DNA of 64,000 bases from assembly GCA_963700315.1 (NCBI GenBank), contig CAVOXC010000011.1, positions 288,308-352,307 on the forward strand, in the 5' to 3' direction. Below, in pieces: positions 31,136 to 40,318 of this stretch. A program made the position numbers and the translations under genes. The notes below the pieces were generated by a model. That model did no database searches, was not told the origin of the DNA, and saw only the letters and a list, made by a program, of their open reading frames with translations. Position 1 is the first letter of the stretch. The number at the start of each line of letters is the position of its first letter. This stretch comes from an uncultured Acidobacteriota bacterium (GTDB lineage Bacteria > Acidobacteriota > Thermoanaerobaculia > Multivoradales > JAGPDF01).

Positions 31136-32444
31136 CGGCTTCTGGCCTCGTTGGGGAGTCGAGCCGGGCGAGCTCGTCCGCGACCAGGGCGAGCGCCGTG
31201 GCGAGCTGCGCCCGGTCGATCGTGAGCGGCGGCGCGATCTGCACGACATCGCCTCGAGCGCCGCCGGCGAGCGCGAGAATGCCGCGCCGGGCGAGGCGCT
31301 GCGCGAGTTGCCGGGCGCGCGGGCGCGCCCCCAATGCCAGCCCCCAGAGCGCGCCGCGACCGCGCAGCGCGGCCGGCGGCACGAGCGCGGCAACGGCCGG
31401 CGCGAGCGCCGCGTCGATCTGCGCGCCGAGCGCCAGCGCACGCTGGTCGAGCCGTTCTCGCTCCAAGAGCTCGAGGGTCGCGAGCGCGGCGGCGCAGGCG
31501 AGCGGGTGGGCGACGAAGGTGCCGGTATGGAGCGCCTCGCCGTCGACCCGGAAGGGCTCGAACAGCTCGGCGCGACCGATCGTCGCCGCGATCGGCAGGC
31601 CGCCGCCGAGCGCCTTGCCGCAGCAGAGCAGGTCGGGCCGAACGCCCTCGGCCTCGATCGCGAAGCGCGTCCCGGTGCGGCCGAAACCGGTCAAGATCTC
31701 GTCGACGACAAGCGCCGCACCATGGGCGCGACAGAGCTCGGCGAGCTCGGCGAGCCACCCCGGCGGCGGCAGCAACACGCCTTCGCGGCCGACGATCGGC
31801 TCGACGATCGCCGCGCCGATCGCGGCGCGGTCGAGCACCGCGGCGATCCGTTCGGCGGGGGCGCCGAACGGCAAGCGCACGACGCCCGGGCGCAGCGCCG
31901 CCGCGAAAGGCGCGCGGAAGGCGTGGCGCGAGGTCACGGCGAGCGCTCCCAGCGTCAGTCCGTGATAGGCGGGATCAAAGGCGAGGATTCCGGCGCGGCG
32001 GGTCGCAGCGAGCGCGGCCTTGAGCGCGATCTCAACGGCGTCGGCGCCTGAGACGGCGAAGTGGACGCGGGCGTCGTCGACCGGCGCGAGCGCGGCGAGG
32101 CGCTCGGCGAGCTCGACCCGCGCCGGATGCGCGGCGACGTCGCCCAAGCCATGCACGAGGCATTCGGCCTGATGCGCCACCGCGGCGAGGACCGCGGCGG
32201 GGCGGTGGCCGACCGCAGCGGCGCCGAAACCGGAGGTCAGATCGACGTAGACGTTGCCGTCAACGTCGAGGACGTTGGCGCCCAGCGCTTCGCGCCAGAC
32301 GATGGCCGGCTCGCCACGCGGACCGACGGTGGAGATTCCGGGCGCCTCCGCGCTCTCGAGCCGCGCCGAGAGGCGCCGGCTCTCCGGACCCGGTGGCGGG
32401 GCGAGGATGCGGGGTGGCAGGTCCCCGCGCACGAGTGTCTCCAT
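31128..32444 (-). CDS. Class-III PLP-dependent aminotransferase (acetylornithine/GABA aminotransferase-like)
   Basis: VDLTSGFGAAAVGH, DEILTGFGRTGTRFA and CCGKALGGGLP (PLP lysine). Confidence 0.85.
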   Translation of the reverse strand: METLVRGDLPPRILAPPPGPESRRLSARLESAEAPGISTVGPRGEPAIVWREALGANVLDVDGNVYVDLTSGFGAAAVGHRPAAVLAAVAHQAECLVHGLGDVAAHPARVELAERLAALAPVDDARVHFAVSGADAVEIALKAALAATRRAGILAFDPAYHGLTLGALAVTSRHAFRAPFAAALRPGVVRLPFGAPAERIAAVLDRAAIGAAIVEPIVGREGVLLPPPGWLAELAELCRAHGAALVVDEILTGFGRTGTRFAIEAEGVRPDLLCCGKALGGGLPIAATIGRAELFEPFRVDGEALHTGTFVAHPLACAAALATLELLERERLDQRALALGAQIDAALAPAVAALVPPAALRGRGALWGLALGARPRARQLAQRLARRGILALAGGARGDVVQIAPPLTIDRAQLATALALVADELARLDSPTRPEADA

Positions 32445-32461
32445 CGGCTCGCGGCGCCGGG

Positions 32462-33052
32462 TCAGCCGCCGATTTCGCGGCGGCCGGCGAGCGAGCGGCC
32501 GAGAGTGACCTCGTCCGTGTACTCGATGTCGCCGCCGACCGGCATGCCGAAGGCGAGGCGGGTCAGGGTGAGGCCGCGGCCGCCGAGCAGCCGGGCGAGG
32601 TAGAGCGCGGTGGCTTCCCCCTCGACGTTGGGGTTGGTCGCGAGCACGACCTCGGTCACCCCTTCGAGCCGCGCCAGCAGGCCGTCGATCGCAAGCTCGT
32701 CGGGGCTGATGCCCCGGTGCGGCGACAGTGCGCCGAGCAGCACGTGGTAGAGGCCGTGGTACTCGCTGGTGCGCTCGAGCGGCTGGATGTTGAAAGGTTC
32801 CTCGACGACACAGATTCGCGTTCGGTCGCGTGCCGGGTCGGCGCAGATCGCGCAGGGGTCGACGTCGGTGATCGCGTTGCAGGTCGTGCAGTGGAAGAGC
32901 TTCTCCTTGACCTCGACGATCGCGCTCGCGAGCTCCTCGGCGTCGCGTTTCGAGACGCGCAGCAGGTGGTGGGCGAGACGGGTCGCGGTCTTCGGGCCCA
33001 CGCCCGGCAGCCGCGCGAGCTCGGTGGTCAGTCGGCGCAGCGGATCGGGCAT
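32462..33052 (-). CDS. recR: Recombination protein RecR
   Basis: LARLPGVGPKTATRLAHHLL (HhH), a C4 zinc finger CTTCNAITDVDPCAIC, and a Toprim domain. Confidence 0.95.
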   Translation of the reverse strand: MPDPLRRLTTELARLPGVGPKTATRLAHHLLRVSKRDAEELASAIVEVKEKLFHCTTCNAITDVDPCAICADPARDRTRICVVEEPFNIQPLERTSEYHGLYHVLLGALSPHRGISPDELAIDGLLARLEGVTEVVLATNPNVEGEATALYLARLLGGRGLTLTRLAFGMPVGGDIEYTDEVTLGRSLAGRREIGG

Positions 33053-33062
33053 CGCGGCGGCG

Positions 33063-33356
33063 TCAGCCCAGGCCGGGCAGGCCGCCGGCCATCGAGCCGA
33101 GGCGGCTCTGGAGCGCTTCGTCGACCTTGCGGCAGGCCTCGTTGACGGCGGCGAGAACGAGATCCTGGAGCATCGCCGGGTCGCTCGGATCGATGGCCTC
33201 GGGGTCGATCTCGACCGAGAGCAGATGCTTGTGGCCGCTCATCGAGACCTTGACCATGCCGCCGCCAGCGGCGGCGTCGACCACCAGGTCGCCGAGCTCG
33301 CGCTGCATACGCTCCTGCATCTGCTGCGCTTCTCGCATCAGTTTCTGAATGTTCAT
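33063..33356 (-). CDS. ybaB: Nucleoid-associated protein YbaB/EbfC
   Basis: [24 protein letters not shown]...[29 protein letters not shown]. Lies between dnaX and recR, as is usual. Confidence 0.9.
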   Translation of the reverse strand: MNIQKLMREAQQMQERMQRELGDLVVDAAAGGGMVKVSMSGHKHLLSVEIDPEAIDPSDPAMLQDLVLAAVNEACRKVDEALQSRLGSMAGGLPGLG

Positions 33357-33366
33357 TCGGGCTCCC

Positions 33367-35106
33367 TCAACCGGCAGGTTCCTCTTCTTCGTCGACCGCG
33401 GCGACGTCGCCACCGAAGATCTCGAGCACCGCTTGGACGCGCGGATGCTCACGCGCGGCGACCTTGGCCCGCTCGGCCGCCTTGGCCGACGCCGCGCTCA
33501 CTTCCTCGGCCGGCGCCGCGACAACGGCGGCCCGGCTCTCCCGGGCGAGCCAGGTCGCGGTGGGGCCGAAGGCGGCCGCCACCGCGCCGTCGATCACGTC
33601 ACGGTTGGCGGGGCGAGCGAGCGAGGCGTTGAAATACTCGGCGTCGGCGGTGTAGACGATCTCGAGCCGGTCGCCGTCGAAGGTCAGCTCGGCCGCATCG
33701 AAGTGGCCCGCGAGCGCGGGCCGGCGCAGGGCGAGCTCTTCGCGAAAGCGCTCGATCGAACCGGCCGGCGCGCGTGACTCGGGGACGGCTGCCGGGGTCG
33801 GCGCGGGCGCGCTGGGCGGGGCCGACGCGTGGCGCTCCGGGGCCAAGTCGGCTACCGCGCGCTCGGTTCGGGCGGGCCTCTTCGCCGTGACGCCGACGAC
33901 CGGCGCGACCGGCGGCGTCTGGGCGGGAACGGTCCGGTCCGCGACCAGGGGCGCAGCGGGCCGCCGGCGCGTCGCGTCGCTCGCCGCGCCGCCTTCGAGC
34001 AGCGTTTCGATGCGGAGCAGCTTCGGCAGCTCGGCGGCGCGCAGCCAGGCGATTTCGAGGGCGAGCGCGGCGGCGTCGCTGCGGCGCACCGCGGCCTCGC
34101 TCGCGAGCAGGTGATGAAGCAGGCGCAGGAGCGTCTCGTAGCCCGAGGCGCCGACGCGTGCCGCCAGGGCGCCGCGCTCTTCTTCGGGCAGCTCGAGCGC
34201 CGCGCTCTCGCCGCCGAGCACGAGGTGGAGAGCATCGCGGCAGTAGGCGAGGAAGTGGGCGTGGACCTGGCGCGGATCCCAGCCGTTCTCCTCGACCTCG
34301 CGCGCGAGGGTCGAGACCGTGGCGGCGTCGCCGCCCAGGATGGCGCCGAGCAGGCGATCGAACAGCGCGAGGTCGAGCCCGCCCAGCAGCCGCGTGGCCT
34401 CGGCCTCGTCGACCCGGCCGTTGCCGAAAGTGGCGAGCTGATCGAGCAGGGCGACGGCGTCGCGCACGCTGCCCTCGCCGGCTCGCGCGACCAGAGCGAG
34501 CGCGCGCGGCGTCGCCGCGATCGACTCGGCCTGGCAGATCTCGGCCAGGTGCGCCGCGAGCTCGACGCTCGAGACGCGGCGGAAGTGGTACTCCTGGCAC
34601 CGCGAGAGGATGGTCGCCGGGACGGCGTCGATCTCGGTCGTGGCGAAGATGAAGACGAGCCGTGGCGGCGGCTCCTCGACCAGCTTGAGCAGGGCGTCGA
34701 AGGCCTGGCGCGAGAGGCGGTGGACTTCGTCGAGCACCACGACTTTGTAGCGGTCGTGCGCGGGGCCGTACTTGAGGCTCTCGACGAGCTCGCGCACCTG
34801 CTCGACCTTCGAGTAGGTCGCGGCGTCGATCTCGAGCACGTCCAAGTCGGAACCGGCGGTGATCTCGGCGCAGGCCGCGCAGTCGTTACAGGGGCCGAGC
34901 TCGGGCCCCTGCTCGCAGTTGAGCGCCTTGGCGAAGATGCGCGCGGCGGAGGTCTTGCCGACGCCGCGGATCCCGGAGAAGAGATAGGCCTGGGCGACGC
35001 GCCCGTCGCGGAGCGCGTTGGTGAGCGCGGTCACCACCGCCTGCTGGCCGACCAGGGTCGAGAAATCCTGGGGTCGCCACTTGCGTGCGAGGACTTGGTA
35101 GGTCAT
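33367..35106 (-). CDS. dnaX: DNA polymerase III subunits gamma/tau
   Basis: [65 protein letters not shown]. The ATG complement is at 35104-35106. The 186 upstream codons of the track ORF read through the repeat region. Confidence 0.93.
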   Translation of the reverse strand: MTYQVLARKWRPQDFSTLVGQQAVVTALTNALRDGRVAQAYLFSGIRGVGKTSAARIFAKALNCEQGPELGPCNDCAACAEITAGSDLDVLEIDAATYSKVEQVRELVESLKYGPAHDRYKVVVLDEVHRLSRQAFDALLKLVEEPPPRLVFIFATTEIDAVPATILSRCQEYHFRRVSSVELAAHLAEICQAESIAATPRALALVARAGEGSVRDAVALLDQLATFGNGRVDEAEATRLLGGLDLALFDRLLGAILGGDAATVSTLAREVEENGWDPRQVHAHFLAYCRDALHLVLGGESAALELPEEERGALAARVGASGYETLLRLLHHLLASEAAVRRSDAAALALEIAWLRAAELPKLLRIETLLEGGAASDATRRRPAAPLVADRTVPAQTPPVAPVVGVTAKRPARTERAVADLAPERHASAPPSAPAPTPAAVPESRAPAGSIERFREELALRRPALAGHFDAAELTFDGDRLEIVYTADAEYFNASLARPANRDVIDGAVAAAFGPTATWLARESRAAVVAAPAEEVSAASAKAAERAKVAAREHPRVQAVLEIFGGDVAAVDEEEEPAG

Positions 35107-35118
35107 CTCTGGAAACGG

Positions 35119-35246
35119 CGAGCCGAGAACGAAGGGCTCCGGCACCCCTGCGGCACCCGGAGCGAGGACCTTATCGCTGCTCCCTTCCGGGCCTGACGAG
35201 GTTCGGAACCGTCCGATGCACAGGACCCGAGCCCTTCGTTCGCGGC
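35119..35246. repeat. Long-range inverted repeat (about 18-bp arms, ~85-nt loop) upstream of dnaX
   Basis: GCCGAGAACGAAGGGCTCCGG pairs with CCGAGCCCTTCGTTCGCGGC. Confidence 0.55.
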
Positions 35247-35293
35247 TCGCGCTCGGGGCATCGTATCGCGCTCTGGCGCCGTCGTGGACTGTC

Positions 35294-35543
35294 GGGCTCG
35301 CTCCGCTCGTTTTGGTTCGTGCTGATTCGGTTGTTGGGCGTCTCTGGTGGCGGGGCGGTGTGGGTGGGTCCCTTGCCTGCGGAACCGCCGTCCGCCTGGA
35401 GTCTCTTGGAGCGGCCGGCTGCGTTCGGTCTCGCGGCTCGCGCCTGCGGCGCTCGCATCGTTTCGCATGCGAGCCCTCAAGCTTCCTCCGGCAAGGGACC
35501 CACCCACGCCGCGTCTCGTTCCTGCCAGGGACCGACACAAGCC
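35294..35543 (+). repeat. X element, forward copy (~250 bp, contains a long internal stem-loop)
   Basis: About 90% identical by eye to the reverse complement of 56539-56788. The internal arms GTGGGTGGGTCCCTTGCC / GGCAAGGGACCCACCCAC enclose ~115 nt. Confidence 0.8.
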
Positions 35544-35577
35544 ACGAGGACTTGCGAGCTGGCCCTGCAACCCCCCT

Positions 35578-35679
35578 GTCGTCCTGAGCGCAGCGAAGGA
35601 CCTTGCGTGAGCGGCGAGGAACCGCCCTCCTCGCTTCTTCAGGCGAGGGCGCAAGATCCTTCACTTCGTTCAGGATGAC
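35578..35679 (+). repeat. Copy B of the ~100-bp hairpin element
   Basis: GTCGTCCTGAGCGCAGCGAAGGACCTTGCG...CGCAAGATCCTTCACTTCGTTCAGGATGAC with an inner hairpin GCGAGGA/TCCTCGC. Nearly identical to 56338-56439. Confidence 0.85.
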
Positions 35680-35712
35680 ACGCGAAGGCGCTCACGCTGA
35701 CAAGGCACGGTG

Positions 35713-35937
35713 AGCCTGTGTCGCTCCCTGGCACGAACGAGACGCGTGGAGCGGTCCCTTCTCTGCGGAGGAAGCTTCGTAGCCCGCCCCCCAGGCAAGA
35801 CGAAGCGAGCGCCAGCGAGCTTCGCGGGCGGGCGGAGCGCAGGCCCGAGCAGTCCCGCCCAACCGAGGGCCGGTTCCTGCGCAGAGAAGGGAGCGCTCCA
35901 CGCACCGCCACCAGAGACGCCCACCAGAGAATCAGCA
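35713..35937 (-). repeat. X-family element, diverged copy in inverted orientation relative to 35294-35543
   Basis: It shares both termini with the 56.5-kb copy (TGTGTC.C.CCCTGGCA.GAACGAGACGCG ... CCGCCACCAGAG.CGCCCA.CA...GAATCAGC). Its internal stem uses different, mutually complementary arms (GTGGAGCGGTCCCTTCTCTGCG / CGCAGAGAAGGGAGCGCTCCAC). Confidence 0.7.
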
Positions 35938-36049
35938 CGAACCGGGAAATCGCGGAGCGAGTCGCCCACCCGGGGGCCGGTTCCTGCGCAGAGAAGGGAA
36001 CGCTTCTCGCATCGCCACCGGAGACTCCCGGCGGCTGAATTCGCAGGAC

Positions 36050-36592
36050 GTGGACAAGCGGGTGCCACAGCGTTGGCAGAGTCGGCTAGAATGCGGCGCC
36101 TTGGTGGGCCGGGGTGCCGATTCGGAGGTCGATCGGCGGTGGATGGAGGCCGCCCTCGAGGAGGCGCGCGCCGCTGCCGCCAAGGGCGAAGTGCCGGTCG
36201 GCGCCGTCGTGGTTTCGGCCGAAGGTGAGTTGCTCGGCCGCGGCCGCAACCGGCGCGAGACGGATCAGGACCCGCTGGCGCATGCAGAGTTGCTTGCGAT
36301 TGCCGCGGCCGCGCGCCGCCTCGGCAGCTGGCGGCTGGTCGGCGCGACGCTCTATGTGACGCTCGAGCCCTGCGCGATGTGCGCGGGGGCGCTGGTTTCG
36401 AGTCGAGTCGAGCGGCTGGTCTACGGCGCCGCGGACCCGAAAGCGGGGTTCTGTGGCTCGTTGGGCGACCTGGTGCGGGACCCGCGGCTGAATCACCGGT
36501 TGGCGGTGACCGCGGGGGTCGCGGAGGAGGAAGCCGCGGCGCTGCTTCGGGAGTTCTTCGCGGGGCTCCGGCGCGGCGGTGGAGTTCTTTGA
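36050..36592 (+). CDS. tadA: tRNA-specific adenosine deaminase
   Basis: WMEAALEEARAAAAKGEVPVGAVVV, HAELLAI and TLEPCAMCAGAL form the CDA zinc motif. The true start is probably TTG 36101, GTG 36104 or ATG 36143 rather than GTG 36050. Confidence 0.88.
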   Translation: MDKRVPQRWQSRLECGALVGRGADSEVDRRWMEAALEEARAAAAKGEVPVGAVVVSAEGELLGRGRNRRETDQDPLAHAELLAIAAAARRLGSWRLVGATLYVTLEPCAMCAGALVSSRVERLVYGAADPKAGFCGSLGDLVRDPRLNHRLAVTAGVAEEEAAALLREFFAGLRRGGGVL

Positions 36593-36604
36593 GAATCTCG
36601 TCGT

Positions 36605-36696
<92 letters not shown>

Positions 36697-36733
36697 AATC
36701 GCAGTCTGAGTTGGTCGCGGGGTGCCGGGCGAC

Positions 36734-36823
<90 letters not shown>

Positions 36824-36946
36824 ATACCCCCGCTTTGACGGCGTCTCGACCAGTCGGCTAGAATTCGCTGCTCGGCCGGATCCCGGCTCGCTGCGTGCGA
36901 CCGGGCCAAGGCCCTCCGGAATCAACCGAAGGAAAGGCGGACCGAA

Positions 36947-37081
36947 GTGAAGCGGACTTTCCAGCCGAACAATCGTCGGCGCAAGAAGACTCACGGTTTT
37001 CGTGAGCGGATGAGCACGAAGAATGGTCGCAAGGTGCTCTCGCGGCGTCGGCGCAAAGGGCGCAAGCGCCTGACCGTCTGA
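36947..37081 (+). CDS. rpmH: 50S ribosomal protein L34
   Basis: Not in the track (44 aa, GTG start). Manual translation gives [51 protein letters not shown] lies upstream. Confidence 0.92.
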   Translation: MKRTFQPNNRRRKKTHGFRERMSTKNGRKVLSRRRRKGRKRLTV

Positions 37082-37092
37082 GCGCTGCTGCC

Positions 37093-37479
37093 GTGCCTCC
37101 GGCGCCTCCAGCCGACCAGCGGCTGCCGCGGCAAGAAACGCTGCGGAGGAGCGCCGACTATCGACTTTGTTACCGCACCGGCCGGCGTCGCTCCGGCTCG
37201 TTCGCCCAGCTGCACGTCCGGCCCAACGACGCCGGCGGGCCGCGGCTCGGCATCACCGCGAGCCGCAAGGTGGGTGGCGCGGTCGTTCGCAACCGGCTGA
37301 AGCGTTGGGTGCGCGAATGCTACCGTCGCTCCGCGACGCGCGCGGCGCTGCCACCGGTCGATCTCGTCGTGCACCTGAAAAACGAGGCGGCTCGCGCCGC
37401 GTTCGCTTCGCTTTGCGCCGAGCTCGAACGCGAGCTCGCGCGGCTGGCGCAAGTGCAGCAAGAAGGCGTGCCGCGATGA
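37093..37479 (+). CDS. rnpA: Ribonuclease P protein component
   Basis: [23 protein letters not shown] is the RNR-type motif. Lies directly after rpmH. Confidence 0.88.
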   Translation: MPPAPPADQRLPRQETLRRSADYRLCYRTGRRRSGSFAQLHVRPNDAGGPRLGITASRKVGGAVVRNRLKRWVRECYRRSATRAALPPVDLVVHLKNEAARAAFASLCAELERELARLAQVQQEGVPR

Positions 37480-37682
37480 AGCGGCTCCTGGTTGCCGCGC
37501 TCGCCACCTACAAGCGATATCTTTCACCGCTCCTGCCTCCGGCCTGTCGATTCACCCCGACCTGTTCGGAGTACGCTCGTCTCGCCCTGCTCAAGCATGG
37601 CGTCGCCCGCGGCGGCGCTCTGGCGCTCTGGCGCCTGGCGCGATGTCAGCCGTTCGGGCTGGGCGGCGTCGACGTGCCCTAG
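37476..37682 (+). CDS. yidD: Membrane protein insertion efficiency factor YidD
   Basis: [42 protein letters not shown]. Its ATG overlaps the rnpA TGA (ATGA). Confidence 0.88.
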   Translation: MKRLLVAALATYKRYLSPLLPPACRFTPTCSEYARLALLKHGVARGGALALWRLARCQPFGLGGVDVP

Positions 37683-37718
37683 TCACCCAGCGCTCGTAGC
37701 GATCCCAGCGGAGGCTTC

Positions 37719-39455
37719 CTGGACAACCGCAGACTCTTTCTCGCCGCCGCCCTCTCCCTGGGCATCCTGCTCGGCTGGCAGATTCTTTTTCCGCCGGCCG
37801 AGCCGCCGCAGAACCGCCCGGCGCCGCTTGCGGCGAGCGAGGCGCCGCCGCCAGCCGCGACCCCGACCGCCACCGCGGAGCCCGCGGCGCCGGCCCCGCC
37901 TCCCGAGCTCGAGGCGCTGCCAGCCGTCGAGGGAGTCGCGGAAGAGCTTTTCGTTCTCGAGAACAACTCGGCCCGCGCGCGCTTCTCGAACCGTGGCGGC
38001 GTGATTGTCTCCTATGTCTTCAAAGGGCAGGTGGGGGCCGTGGGGGGCGAGCTCGAGCTCATTCAGGCGCGCGTGGCGTCCGCCTACCCGTTCACCCTGG
38101 TCGACGAGCGGCTCGCCCCGATTGCGACCGAAGGCGCGCTGTTTGCCGTCCAGCCGGAGGACGATCCGGCCGGTCGGGCGTTGCGCTTCACCTATCGCGG
38201 GCCGCAGGGCAGCGTCGAGAAGTGGTTCCGCCTGCGTGCCGACGGTCGCCTCGATGTCGAAGTGAAGGGCCCCGCCGGCTGCGGTCTACTGTTCGGACCC
38301 GGCATTCGCTCGCGCACGCGCGAGGAGTTCGACAACCGGTTCGATCGGCGCTCGGGCGTCTACCTGGCGGCGGGCGAAGCCGAGACCGTCGATCCGGTCA
38401 AGACCAAGGACCCGCTGGTCCTGCCGGGACCAGGTCTCGGCTGGGTCGCGCTCGAGGACACCTACTTCCTGGCCGCCGCGGTGCCGACAAAGCCGGTCGA
38501 GCGAGCGGTCTTCGAGCCGGTGCTGCTCGATCCGGCCGACGAGGCGCACGGCTTCGACGCGCGCCCGGTGCCGCTGGGCGGGGAGCTGGCCGAGGGGGAC
38601 AAGAAGCTCGCGCGATCGCTGCGGGTCTATCTGTTTGCCCGCGACGGGGAGCTCGAAGTGACCACGGTGTGGGGCGCCAAACAGTACGATCGGCTCGCCG
38701 CGCTCCCCTACGGCCTCGAGAAGACCGTCGCTTGGGGCTTCCTGGGCTTCCTCGCGTTGCCGCTGCTGGGCGCGCTGCAGTGGATCCACGGCAACATCGT
38801 CGCCAACTACGGATGGGCGATCGTGCTGTTGACGACCGGGCTCAAGGTGCTGCTGCTGCCGCTGTCGCTCGCCGGTTTCAAATCGATGCGCAAGATGCAG
38901 AAGCTGGCGCCGCGGATGCAAGCGATCCGCGAGCGCTACCGGCCGAAGCTGCGCGGCAAGGACGGCAAACCGAACCTCGACGTGCAGCGACAGATGAACG
39001 AAGAGGTGATGGGGCTCTACAAGAGCGAGGGGGTCAACCCGGCGGGCGGCTGCTTGCCGCTGCTCGTGCAGCTGCCGATCTTTCTCGCCTTCTACCACAT
39101 GCTCGCCAAGGCGGTGGAGCTGAAGTGGGCGGGCTGGGAGCTTTGGATCCACGACCTGGCGTCACCCGATCCCTACTACGTGCTGCCGATCGTGATGGGC
39201 ATCTCGCAGCTGGTCCAGCAGCGCATGACGCCACCGCCACCCGACCCGGTGCAACGGCGCATGATGCAGCTGCTGCCGATCGTCTTCACCGCCTTCTCGC
39301 TCGGCTTCCCGAGCGGGCTGGTGCTCTACTGGATGACGAACAACATCCTGACCATCGGTCAGCAGATGTTCTACAACTCGATGCGGGACAAGGCCGAAGC
39401 GCAAGAGGCGGCGGCCGCCGCGCCCGCGAAGAGCAAGCGGGGTAAGAAGCGATGA
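37719..39455 (+). CDS. yidC: Membrane protein insertase YidC (start codon uncertain; CTG 37719 proposed)
   Basis: The conserved C-terminal core is ...GWAIVLLTTGLKVLLLPLS...NPAGGCLPLLVQLPIFLAFY...LYWMTNNILTIGQQ. The N-terminal TM (DNRRLFLAAALSLGILLGWQILF) is encoded upstream of the first ATG/GTG/TTG (GTG 38001), in frame and with no stop back to the yidD TAG. GGAGG lies at 37710-37714. Confidence 0.85.
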   Translation: MDNRRLFLAAALSLGILLGWQILFPPAEPPQNRPAPLAASEAPPPAATPTATAEPAAPAPPPELEALPAVEGVAEELFVLENNSARARFSNRGGVIVSYVFKGQVGAVGGELELIQARVASAYPFTLVDERLAPIATEGALFAVQPEDDPAGRALRFTYRGPQGSVEKWFRLRADGRLDVEVKGPAGCGLLFGPGIRSRTREEFDNRFDRRSGVYLAAGEAETVDPVKTKDPLVLPGPGLGWVALEDTYFLAAAVPTKPVERAVFEPVLLDPADEAHGFDARPVPLGGELAEGDKKLARSLRVYLFARDGELEVTTVWGAKQYDRLAALPYGLEKTVAWGFLGFLALPLLGALQWIHGNIVANYGWAIVLLTTGLKVLLLPLSLAGFKSMRKMQKLAPRMQAIRERYRPKLRGKDGKPNLDVQRQMNEEVMGLYKSEGVNPAGGCLPLLVQLPIFLAFYHMLAKAVELKWAGWELWIHDLASPDPYYVLPIVMGISQLVQQRMTPPPPDPVQRRMMQLLPIVFTAFSLGFPSGLVLYWMTNNILTIGQQMFYNSMRDKAEAQEAAAAAPAKSKRGKKR

Positions 39456-40312
39456 GCGCGCCGCGACGGTTCTTCTCTGGCAACAGCCTCGCCCAGGCGA
39501 TGATGGCGGCGACCCGCCACTATGGCCTTCCGCCCGAGCAACTCGCCTATGCGATCCACGAGAAGCGTCACGGCTTCGTCCGGCGCACGCGCAACGTCGT
39601 TATCGAGGTCGATCCGGCGGCGCCCCGCCGCGCGGCCGGGGTCGAGGCGGCCACCACTGTCGCCGAAGCGCGGCGAGCGCCGGCGCCAGACGCCCCAGCG
39701 CGCCCACAGCCTGGCCGCACCGGCCAGGGCGCACGTCCGGGGCGCCGCGGTTCGTCGCCGCCGGAAGAGCCGCGTGGAAAGGGAGCGGCGGGGGCAGAGA
39801 AGCGGCCGGCGCGCCGGCCGCACGAGCGGCGCGAGATCTGGTCCGAGCCGGACGAGGAGGCGCTTCTGGCGACCGCGGAGGCGGCGCGCGCGGTCGTCGC
39901 GCTCTCGGGCCTGGAGCTCGAGGTCGAGGTGCGCGCGGGCGAGGGGCGGGTCGAGGTGGAGCTCTCCGGGGCCGCCGAGGCCGAGGTTCGCCGCCACGGG
40001 CTGCCACTGCTCGGTCAGATGGAGTTGCTGATTCCGCGGGCCGCGCATGGCCTGTCCGGCCGGATGGCGCGCTGCCGGGTCGATTGCGGGGGTCTGCACG
40101 GGGCGCGCGAAGCGCGGCTGCGCGAGCTGGCGCGGATCGAGGTGGACGCGGTGCGGGCCACCGGCGAGGCGAGGCTCACCGAACCCCTCTCGCCCGGCGA
40201 CCGGCGGATCATTCACCTCGAGCTCGCAGACGTACCGGACGTCGAGACCGCGAGCCTTGGCGACGGGCTCGAGAAGCGGGTGCGGATCTCGCCTCGCCTC
40301 GCCCCCACCTGA
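39452..40312 (+). CDS. jag: Jag/KhpB-type RNA-binding protein (Jag_N, KH, R3H)
   Basis: N-terminus FSGNSLAQAMMAATRHYGLPPEQLAY and C-terminal R3H region LSPGDRRIIHLELADVPDVETASLGDG. Its ATG overlaps the yidC stop. Confidence 0.8.
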   Translation: MSAPRRFFSGNSLAQAMMAATRHYGLPPEQLAYAIHEKRHGFVRRTRNVVIEVDPAAPRRAAGVEAATTVAEARRAPAPDAPARPQPGRTGQGARPGRRGSSPPEEPRGKGAAGAEKRPARRPHERREIWSEPDEEALLATAEAARAVVALSGLELEVEVRAGEGRVEVELSGAAEAEVRRHGLPLLGQMELLIPRAAHGLSGRMARCRVDCGGLHGAREARLRELARIEVDAVRATGEARLTEPLSPGDRRIIHLELADVPDVETASLGDGLEKRVRISPRLAPT

Positions 40313-40318
40313 GCGGGA

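Noticed and set aside
35107-35664. N-terminal 186-codon extension of the dnaX ORF, and other ORFs crossing 35.1-36.05 kb
   Set aside because: The canonical DnaX N-terminus ([15 protein letters not shown]) begins at 35106. The extension and the overlapping ORFs on both strands read through repeat elements and have repeat-derived, low-complexity sequence.
35110-36049. Possible CRISPR array, given the dense repeats in a gene-free region
   Set aside because: The repeats are long (100-250 bp) and mostly inverted rather than direct. They are unevenly spaced, with no regular unique spacers. No cas genes are present in the window.
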